Below, one piece after another: positions 1-8,725 of a stretch of 15,253 nucleotides of DNA. Origin of the DNA: Paraspadella gotoi (Eukaryota; Animalia; Chaetognatha). The position numbers were made by a program, and so were the translations under genes. Positions within the stretch are counted from its first letter, which is position 1, and each line of letters begins with the position of its first letter. Below the pieces are notes generated by a model. The model had not been told where the DNA came from and did not search any database. It saw only the letters and a list, made by a program, of their open reading frames with translations. The stretch lies in the NCBI GenBank assembly GCA_051294375.1, contig CM119266.1:24555775-24571027 (forward strand), given 5' to 3'.

Positions 1-1245
1 AATTAAAGATTTTTTTTTCTCGGTTTTTTTTTAAACCGGGATGTGAGGGGGGCCAGGACCCGCGAGTGTCTGTGACAGCGGTCGTCCATCGGGATTCAGA
101 CCAATTCCTTTTTTTAAAACATTTTATTTTTTACTTTTTACAAATACTTTTTTAAACGTTGGGAGAATCGTTAAAACGCCACGGCGGAGCAAAGTCGAAG
201 ACTGGAAGGCGGAGGAATACACTGGAGGAGGTGCCGGCCGCAGCTTTCCCTGCGGCAGCGGCTGCGGCGACGGCGAAGGACAAAGTTCGCTGTAACCTCT
301 TTGCCGAAACGAGATCTCACGGCGATCGCCTTCGCCTTTGCGACGAAAAGACACTTGCGGCGAACTTGAGCCTGTGTGTCAAGTGAGATTTAAAAGCCAG
401 CGAGATTTTCGACTCGTTCAACTTTTGTTTCATTCAAAGTTTATTTCCCATTTTGTCTCTTTTTTTATTCTTCTTTTTTTTAACTGGTTTGTATTTGTGA
501 ATGTTTACCTTTTTTTTCTGTTTTTTTTTCTTCAAATTCTTTCCTCACCCCTTTTTTTCCAAATTCTCTCTTCACGTTTCCCTTCCTTACGTTTTCAATG
601 TTTTTAATTCTACCTCGATGCTTCTCCGTCCCACGACAGGCCTTCCAAATGCCACTTGCCCCAGCTTCTACTCCATGCCCCTTCGACCCCTCTCCAGCCA
701 ATCAGCGGCTGACTTCATCTCACCACCCCCTCCACCCTTTCGCCCGACTCCACCGCCAATCAACGACCGAGACGCCCTCCCGCGGCGAGGCTGGCATCGA
801 GACTCGAAAACGGCAAACAACGGAATATCACTTTGGATGGAACCAAAGAGAAAAAAAAGTGAGCGAATGCGGATCGAAGGAGGGAAAGGAAGAGGACATG
901 GTTCACGGACGCGAGTGAAGATTGGTTCCATGCGGACCCCTACTCGCCCTTGCCCCCCCTCCCCCCACCCGACTAATTTAGCCCAAAAAGGGGAGGCTTG
1001 AGGAGGTGTTTTAAATGAGGGGTGGGACGTGGGGTTGCCGCCCCAGCGTAAGGATTTGCGAAGAGGAATCGCGTCGGTTGGAAATGGATTTTGGAAACCG
1101 AATGTTTGAACAACTGAGATTTTTACGATTCGTTAGAAGAGGGGGGGGGAATGATGGGGGCGGAGAGAGAAAAATGAATTGAAGGGGAAACAGGCCTGAG
1201 ATTAAGGCGAAAAGTCATTCGTATATATTATTCGCGAAATTTCTG

Positions 1246-1494
1246 AGATAATATTTATGACGTAATTATTGGACGTAATGATAGATTCAAAACTGATAAT
1301 AGAAAACTGGGAAATATTTTTTTTTACATGAGATAACACTTAAAAAGTATAGTTTAGACTTTGTCTAACAGATGTTTCATGAACCAAAAACTATTGAGAG
1401 ATAAACGTTCTAGTAAACAACTAGAACTGAATCCTCCTGTTCTTTGAGTTTAGGTCGCATATACGTATGATAAATTGTGATAAAGTGTGATAAA
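1246..1494 (+). promoter_or_regulatory. Cluster of 8 co-oriented WGATAR (GATA) motifs; candidate intronic enhancer
   Basis: AGATAA at 1246, TGATAG at 1279, TGATAA at 1294, AGATAA at 1331, AGATAA at 1399, and TGATAAA at 1468, 1478 and 1488. Confidence 0.4.
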
Positions 1495-2764
1495 TTCCAA
1501 CGCTTTCAAGAATAAGAAACCGCCATTTTCTCTTTTCTCCTTTGCCTTTTTTCTTTTAGATCGGCGCCTTTTGTTTTCTTCGACGCGCTCCTCTAACGAG
1601 CAAAAAAAGGACGAGAAAAACGTAAAAAGCGCCGTCTGGTGGACGCGACACCGACTACAGAATCTTTTGTCATTTTTATGGAATTATGGCCAGTTAAGTC
1701 GTTAGCTTCGCCGCGCCGCCCCCTTTCGGGCTTTCTCTTTCTCTCCCCTTTCTCTCTCTCCCCGACGGAAAAGGGAGCCCCACCCAATTTTTCCCTCGCC
1801 ACCACCCAGACGAGCGCCCCGCCCATCTTTTGGGTTTCCTTTTTCGTTTTTCTCGGATGCAGCGGCGGCGGCGGCGGTGGCGGCTGCCGCAGCGGCGACG
1901 GGAGACTGACATTGATTCTTTTACCTTACCCTCTTAAGGAAGTCGCCCTCACCAAAGGATAACAACCAAATCACTCTGGTTGTTCCATCGAAGGTCAGAA
2001 ATTTCCGCCGCTAAAGAAACCAATGACGACAAAAAACCAAAAGGAAAAAAACTTACTCTCTTCTCGATTCCTTCAATCGCAGCCACCGCAGCCGCCGCCA
2101 CCGCCGCTGCAACCGCCGCCACCGCGACAACAACACCGAAACGGACGCGACAACCGTAAACTAAAAAGCCAAATCGATACTTTACTACCCTTTTTATTTT
2201 CCTTTTATTTTTTCTTTTATTTCCCTTTTTTTTTACTTTTTTTTAATGGGGACTAAATGGAATAAGTGACACGTCACCGGGACGGCGCCCGTGTTTTCTT
2301 CATTATCTCTTTTTCGTCTCTCGCCGAATTTATTTATCTTCTTCTACTTCCCTCTTTCTTTTTTTATTCTTGTATTTTTTGATTATTATTTGCTCATCAT
2401 AAATAAAGTCTTCAAAGTTATTTTATGGGTAAGTTTACACGCAGTAAAAGTCTTAAAAAGGGAGGCAAGGACTACTACTTAACGAAGCAGTTAAAAAAAA
2501 ACGGCCCCGGGAAGGGACAGACTCAGAATCCCCTTTTTTTAAAAGGGGGAAGAATTAAAAGAGCGGGAACTTATTTTATTTTATGTATCAATTATATATT
2601 TTCTGCGGCGTCCTACTTATTTTTTACGCGTTTTATTGAGCGGAAGATCGTTCGGGGTCCCGAGGGGCACCGAAGGTTTATCGGGGAAAAAGGGAAAAGA
2701 TTAAATCTTTGATCGAGGAAGCCAAGGCCGAGGGCCGGGGTCGGAGGGGGTCCCAATGCGGGGG

Positions 2765-2774
2765 GAGAGGAGAG

Positions 2775-2835
<61 letters not shown>

Positions 2836-2837
2836 GA
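2765..2837. repeat. (GA)n microsatellite
   Basis: Directly visible, slightly interrupted. Confidence 0.95.
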
Positions 2838-3066
2838 AGCTTTCTTATGTTTAAAGGGTCGATTTTTATTGGAAATTGAAGTATCTTCTAAAGGGAAAGT
2901 TTAAAACCCATGTACTCAGGGCAAGTTATCATAAAGTGACGGTTCCATGGAAATATTTAAATACTTTAAATGTTACAGTTAAAGTTACACGTAAAAAAAC
3001 TGGAAATGTTTTGATAATTTTATACCGACAAAGTGAAGTGAATGAGCAAACCGTCGGGCAGGCGGG

Positions 3067-3126
3067 AGGAGAAGAGAAGAGAAGAGAAGAGGAGAAGAGA
3101 AGAGAAGAGAAGAGGAGAAGAGAAGA
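3067..3126. repeat. (GAAGA)n-like purine repeat
   Basis: Directly visible, imperfect. Confidence 0.85.
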
Positions 3127-3529
3127 TAGTGGTTTGGGGAAACGTGAGACGGACGAGAGTCATATTCGGATGTCAAAAGTTTTTTTTCTCACTGACAAAA
3201 ATTCAGACAAAATATTTCATTTTTGTTTTCGAATTCGAACCGGCAATTTCGAGTCAACGATTTATATAAATCAGGCAATTTTCGGGCGACTGGTTTTTTT
3301 TTTTTTTTTGTGTGTGTCACTGAAGTCCAGAGATTCTGATATTTTCATAGGTTTGTTACATAAGTTATGAACCTCGACAAACGTTGTGCAAATGAAGGAC
3401 ATTTTTAAATGCATGGGTCTTACTCTCATTGCGTAATGAGTTTCATAATATTGTTTCGCCCAATTTGTTTTACTCAAAACCTTTTTTCTTAGTATTTACC
3501 GGTTACAATATTTATTAATCTGTGTTAGT

Positions 3530-3581
3530 ACTAATAATAATAATACTAATAAAAATAATAATAATAATAATAATAATACTA
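3530..3581. repeat. (TAA)n microsatellite
   Basis: Directly visible, imperfect, in the intron near the donor. Confidence 0.9.
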
Positions 3582-3647
3582 ACCGTTAAATATTTAAGTA
3601 ACAATTTTACAACATATGTAGAAACAAAACCACAAAAATAAAAGCAA

Positions 3648-3654
3648 ACTGACC
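3648..3654 (-). other. 5' splice donor ending the large exon
   Basis: The minus strand reads GAC G|GTCAGT TTGCTTTT, followed by U/A-rich sequence, at the GC-to-AT transition. Confidence 0.75.
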
Positions 3655-5187
3655 GTCGGCGAGTGGACTCGGAAAGTAGGACCCCAACGACGCCGTCGAT
3701 CCCAACGAAGAGTTGGACTGAGAATAAAAGTTGGCGCCGCCGACGCCGCCGACGCCGGCGCCCAGCCCGGCGGCGCCGAATCCGCCCGATGAGACCGAGA
3801 GTCCGTAAGGATTGGCGCCGATGGAAGAGGGCGTCGTCCAGGCGTTGGCCGTCGACGCCATGTAGCTCGTCAACGCCGACGACGTCGACGATGACGTCGT
3901 CGTGGACGCTGAGGATGTCGACGCCGCCGCCGCGACAGCCGCGGCAGCCACCGCTCCGACGCCGTACGGCCCGTACGGTCCGGCGCCGTAGAAATCGTCC
4001 ATGACCGGATGCGCGGAGGCGTGAGCGGGCGGAGTAACGTCGGACTGGTGGTTGAGCTGCGTCGGGGTGGTGGAGGAGTGGTTGAGGTTTGGGTGGGTGG
4101 GGGTGAGTTCGCCGAGGGCGCTGTGACAGCGGTCGTCGTCGTCATCGTCGTCGTCGGGTGAGAGACGATCGTCGACGATAGCGTCGTCGACGCCGCAGTC
4201 GCTGGGCGAAAGGTTCAAGCGGACGTTGCTGCTGTTGTTGTTGTTGTTGTTATTATTGGCGCCGCCGTCGGCATTCACGCCGCTGACGTTAGCGTTCGTC
4301 GACCTCAGAGGCAGAGACGCGTCGACCGGGCTTCGGCGATGGTTGGCGGCGGATTCGAAGGAGTGCTGCTGCTGCTGCTGGCGAGGCTGCTGCCCGAAGG
4401 CATTGACGGACGTCGGCTTGACGGTTCCGTAGCCGACTTCGTTGGCGCCGACGGTGGCGCCGACCGAGGATCCGGCGTGGAACTGAGTCCAGGCGGCGGA
4501 ATACTCAGCGCCGGGAAGAGGGGAACAGGGAAAGGCGGAATCGGCGGCGGAGGCGGCGGTCGTGGCGGCGGGGTCGACGGGGTGTTGCTGATGCGGCAGA
4601 GTCGGCGTCGACGCGCCCATCAACGGACCCTTCGAATGCTGTTGTTGCTGTTGAGACGGATGCTGGTGGTGCTGTAGAGGCGGCGATGGATGATGATGAT
4701 GATTATCGGACCGCGGGTCGGGGTGATGTTGACCCGGCTGCAGCAGCCCCGTCTCCAAACCGAGATCACCGCTCGGCGACGACCCGTTCCATGATGGCGT
4801 TGGCGCCGTCAGCGGATGCGGCGCCGGAATCGCAGAGGCGGCCGAGGCGGTGGTGGACGGGTGAGCGTGGCCGCCGAGAACGCCTCCGCCGCCGGAGACG
4901 TCGCCGCCCGAACGCGATGCCGCGGAGGCGTTGAAGAAAGGGTGCGTAGAGTAGACGCCTCCGAGACCACCGAGTCCGTGGGCGTGACCGCCAGCGGCGG
5001 CGGCGGCGGCGGAGAGGGAGGAGAAGGGATGGTGGTGATGGTAGAGCGGGGAGTGGTCGGTCTGAGCGGGGTGGGCGTGGTGATGTGGTCCAGTCGAGAG
5101 TTGGTGGTGGGGGTTGTGGAGACCGAGGTGGGCGGCGGCGTTGCTAGGAAACCCGCAACTCGCCGGCGCCGATGAGACGGAATACAT
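3654..5187 (-). CDS. First coding exon of a spliced gene; low-complexity N-terminus of a probable developmental transcription factor (family undetermined)
   Basis: This is the only long gap-free ORF (526 aa), and it is GC-rich against AT-rich flanks. The ATG at 5187 has an AAAATG context with an in-frame TAA two codons upstream. The protein has poly-H, poly-A, poly-Q, poly-N and poly-D runs plus Tyr/Pro/Gly motifs (PYGPYG, NPYG, SYFPSP). GC content drops sharply at a good donor, G|GTCAGT (GT at 3653-3652, phase 1), so the ORF tail GQFAFIFVVLFLHML is probably intronic read-through. The transcription-factor call is an inference from composition only. Confidence 0.85.
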
Positions 5188-5489
5188 TTTTTACAAATTG
5201 TTTTGGGCGGAAAGGGATTTTTATTTCCGCGATTTCTGATGTTGTTGTTGTTGTGGTGGTGGATCCAGGCTCGTCGACTTATCGCTTTAACATTCTCGTA
5301 AAAACGACGAATGAAACAAAAAAAGACGAGTTCGTTATTGGGAAGAAAAATCGAGCGGCGGTCGATGGCGGTCGGTGGCGGTCTGAGGCGGGCGATATTA
5401 ACGAGGAGGATAGAATGGGCGATGATTCCGTCCGTTGTTGTTGTTGCTGTCGTTGTTGTTCTGGCCGGGCACGAAAACCTAGACCGGAG

Positions 5490-5518
5490 GGAGAGAGAGA
5501 GAGAGAGAGGGAGAGAGA
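5490..5518. repeat. (GA)n microsatellite near the putative TSS
   Basis: Directly visible. Confidence 0.9.
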
Positions 5519-5545
5519 ATGAGATATAGAGTGGGGAGTTTTATA
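5517..5545 (-). promoter_or_regulatory. Candidate core promoter (TATA box plus Inr-like element)
   Basis: The minus strand has TATAAAA at 5545-5539 and TCATTC at 5522-5517, about 330 nt upstream of the ATG and next to a GA/CT repeat. The spacing is about 25 nt, shorter than the canonical ~30. Confidence 0.3.
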
Positions 5546-5912
5546 TTTCGTTAAGTGGGTTTTCTTCCTTTAAAGAAAATGATACGACTTCTTTCTTTTC
5601 TTCTTTTTTTTTCCTCCCGGTTTTAATTCTCTTTCTTTTTATTTTTATTTTTATTAGATTTTTATCTCTTTTTCCCGCGACGGAGGAGAGAGAAGAAATA
5701 AGTCGCGATCGTAATATTAGCATCGATGGAAATAAACCGATACGACGACAGCGACGACGACGAGTTTGACGACGTCGGCGCGCCCCCCTCTCCGGATCTC
5801 GAGCTCGCTCTTCATGGGTCGTAAGTTTTTAAAGACTTTTTTTTTCGTTTCTTTTATTTTTACGAAAATCATCGGCGGCCAGAAAAATGGGAGAAGGAAT
5901 GAAAGAGCGGCC

Positions 5913-6858
5913 NNNNNNNNNNNNNNNNNNNNNNNNNNNNNNNNNNNNNNNNNNNNNNNNNNNNNNNNNNNNNNNNNNNNNNNNNNNNNNNNNNNNNNNN
6001 NNNNNNNNNNNNNNNNNNNNNNNNNNNNNNNNNNNNNNNNNNNNNNNNNNNNNNNNNNNNNNNNNNNNNNNNNNNNNNNNNNNNNNNNNNNNNNNNNNNN
6101 NNNNNNNNNNNNNNNNNNNNNNNNNNNNNNNNNNNNNNNNNNNNNNNNNNNNNNNNNNNNNNNNNNNNNNNNNNNNNNNNNNNNNNNNNNNNNNNNNNNN
6201 NNNNNNNNNNNNNNNNNNNNNNNNNNNNNNNNNNNNNNNNNNNNNNNNNNNNNNNNNNNNNNNNNNNNNNNNNNNNNNNNNNNNNNNNNNNNNNNNNNNN
6301 NNNNNNNNNNNNNNNNNNNNNNNNNNNNNNNNNNNNNNNNNNNNNNNNNNNNNNNNNNNNNNNNNNNNNNNNNNNNNNNNNNNNNNNNNNNNNNNNNNNN
6401 NNNNNNNNNNNNNNNNNNNNNNNNNNNNNNNNNNNNNNNNNNNNNNNNNNNNNNNNNNNNNNNNNNNNNNNNNNNNNNNNNNNNNNNNNNNNNNNNNNNN
6501 NNNNNNNNNNNNNNNNNNNNNNNNNNNNNNNNNNNNNNNNNNNNNNNNNNNNNNNNNNNNNNNNNNNNNNNNNNNNNNNNNNNNNNNNNNNNNNNNNNNN
6601 NNNNNNNNNNNNNNNNNNNNNNNNNNNNNNNNNNNNNNNNNNNNNNNNNNNNNNNNNNNNNNNNNNNNNNNNNNNNNNNNNNNNNNNNNNNNNNNNNNNN
6701 NNNNNNNNNNNNNNNNNNNNNNNNNNNNNNNNNNNNNNNNNNNNNNNNNNNNNNNNNNNNNNNNNNNNNNNNNNNNNNNNNNNNNNNNNNNNNNNNNNNN
6801 NNNNNNNNNNNNNNNNNNNNNNNNNNNNNNNNNNNNNNNNNNNNNNNNNNNNNNNNNN
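5913..6858. other. Assembly gap
   Basis: N run. Confidence 1.
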
Positions 6859-7284
6859 GACGGGATTGTCTTCCTCTTTCATGACGTTGAAAAGAAATCA
6901 AATCAGAAAAGGAAAAGAAAGATTGATTACCTTTTTTCTATCTCAATTTTTAATAAATCCTATGATAAGCAATAATACTGTAATAAAGAGAAATAAGAGA
7001 ATTTTTATATACATATAAAAAATAGGTACCTCTGTTATTGATCTCATAAAGGAAAAAAGAAAAAAACTAAAGACGTTAAAGTGACCAAGAAAAAAGACTT
7101 GAAAAAACCGTCAGAACAAAACAAACCGTGTACAAAATCACTACTGTTAAATTTTACCCTAATAACGTCATGATCGTCCTCGCTGTTGTCGACCTCGTCA
7201 TCATCCCAGCGCCCGGCCGAACAGAGGGAGCCCGAAGTCCCAACCTCCGCCGAGAATTCCCGAATGTGGCTAAACGAAAGGATG

Positions 7285-7359
7285 ACCTGAAACATTTACA
7301 TTAAATCCCTGAAATACTTTAAATACCTTTAAATACCTGAAACATTTACTTTAAATCCC
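7285..7359. repeat. 25-bp direct repeat (1 mismatch) at a 50-bp period
   Basis: ACCTGAAACATTTAC[A/T]TTAAATCCC at 7285-7309 and 7335-7359, with related TTTAAATAC units between the copies. Confidence 0.85.
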
Positions 7360-7619
7360 AATGAATGAAAGAGAATCCGTCATTGTTCGAGAAACCAAAG
7401 GATTTTTTCGCGAAAAGTAAATAATTGATCAGTTCGAAGTACAAACGTCGAAAGATTTCGGGGACTTGAATCGGCCTTGGTTAAGGAACGGCACCGGAAG
7501 AGGCGCCCATGGCTCTGCCGATCGCCAGCCGCATTTCCGATTTTCCATCTATAAATTAAACAAAGGTTTTTGTGGGAATTCAAAATTATTCTAATTTACC
7601 TTCCTTTTCTTTGGTTTTC

Positions 7620-7634
7620 TCTCCTCTCCCCTTC

Positions 7635-7693
<59 letters not shown>

Positions 7694-7797
7694 CTCTCTC
7701 TCTCTCTATCGGCCACACCTTCTTCCGTAAAGGTGGGTACAGTTATTGCTTCTCTCATCTCTCTCTCTCTCTCCTCTCTCTCTTCTCTCTCTCTCTT
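7620..7797. repeat. Two (CT)n microsatellite blocks
   Basis: About 7620-7708 and 7751-7797. Confidence 0.9.
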
Positions 7798-8543
7798 TCT
7801 CTTTTAATTCGGTTATTTTCCCACTTTTAACGCACCGTCACCGTAAAATCGAACAACTTAGTCGTATTTTTGATTGTCATTTGAGGGGGATGGTCCGCCG
7901 CCGCTGCCGCAGCCGCCTCAGCCGTAGCCGCTTTCTCCTCGTCGTTTTCGTCGTCGTTTTTGGAGAAAGTAGAAGATATAAAAATCGTAAAGGTTTTACT
8001 GCTAAATCAATTACTTTAACATCATTTTATTTCCGCGTTTATCGAAGGTACATTTTATGGCTTCCTATTTTTAAATCCGTTAGTAGAAAGCCACCGGATT
8101 AAGGAATGTAATAAAGGTCAAGTGAAAAATATTTTGGTTCATAATAGACATTGTTGTAATAATAACAATAATAGTAATAATAATAATTACTAAATGAAAA
8201 TATAAAATTATAAACACTGAAAAGGCAGCATTCGTTTCCCTTTCAACCTCAAGTCGTTTTTAATTTACTGCTCGGATTCCTAAGTTTCAAAATGTTTTCG
8301 AAAAAAAACTGGCGAGGTGGGAGAGAGAGAGAGAGAGAGGGAGAGAAAGGGAGAGAGAGGGTGGAAGAGAAAGGAAAGAGGAGGAAGAAAGAAAAGTGGA
8401 GGAGGAGGAGAAATCTTCGTTCGTCAGAGAGTAAACATTAGGGGTTTAAATGAAATGTCGAAAACATGTTTTCCCACTGCGTTGTACAAACAAAATAAAA
8501 ATTTCTGGCAAGATTTACGATGAAGGGAGAGAAAGAGTTAGAG

Positions 8544-8548
<5 letters not shown>

Positions 8549-8589
<41 letters not shown>
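8549..8589. repeat. (GA)n microsatellite
   Basis: Directly visible. Confidence 0.95.
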
Positions 8590-8593
<4 letters not shown>

Positions 8594-8645
8594 TGCGCTT
8601 TTCGGTATTTCTCCAAATCAGACGGTCGTGGGTTCAATTCCCGAT
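8594..8645 (+). pseudogene. Degenerate tRNA-like fragment (Trp-CCA-like 3' half, or head of a tRNA-derived SINE)
   Basis: CTCCAAA-TCAGA-CGGTC-GTGGG-TTCAATT-CCC follows the order anticodon loop, stem, variable loop, T-arm, and contains the B-box GGTTCAATTCC (8631-8641). The acceptor stem and the 5' side of the anticodon stem are missing. Confidence 0.25.
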
Positions 8646-8698
8646 CGTTGACGATTCCGTCCCAATTATTCCCAGACGTTCCGCTCTACGACGTCGCC

Positions 8699-8725
8699 GA
8701 CGACGACGACGACGACGACGACGAC
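8699..8725. repeat. (GAC)9 microsatellite
   Basis: Directly visible. Similar imperfect GAC/GTC tracts lie at ~10101-10152 and ~14190-14210. Confidence 0.9.

Noticed and set aside
837-931. 10-bp inverted repeat ATGGAACCAA/TTGGTTCCAT as MITE ends
   Set aside because: Short, with no target-site duplication evident, and compatible with chance.
1081-1104. Minus-strand GGTTTCCAAAAT resembling a homeobox WFQN
   Set aside because: It translates as GFQNPF, with no surrounding homeodomain residues.
2708-2721. 14-mer TTTGATCGAGGAAG repeated at 12817-12830
   Set aside because: A 14-nt match is within chance expectation for a window of this size and does not extend.
3607-3653. Hydrophobic C-terminal tail of the 526-aa ORF as a membrane anchor
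   Set aside because: It begins exactly at a consensus splice donor and is U-rich, so it is most likely intron.
3663-5175. Several plus-strand and alternate-frame ORFs overlapping the main exon
   Set aside because: Shadow ORFs from GC-rich, triplet-repeat coding sequence, with no independent coding signal.
5717-6975. Long ORFs of 337-394 aa (and 251-261 aa at 10464-11265)
   Set aside because: Artefacts of N-gaps translated as X.
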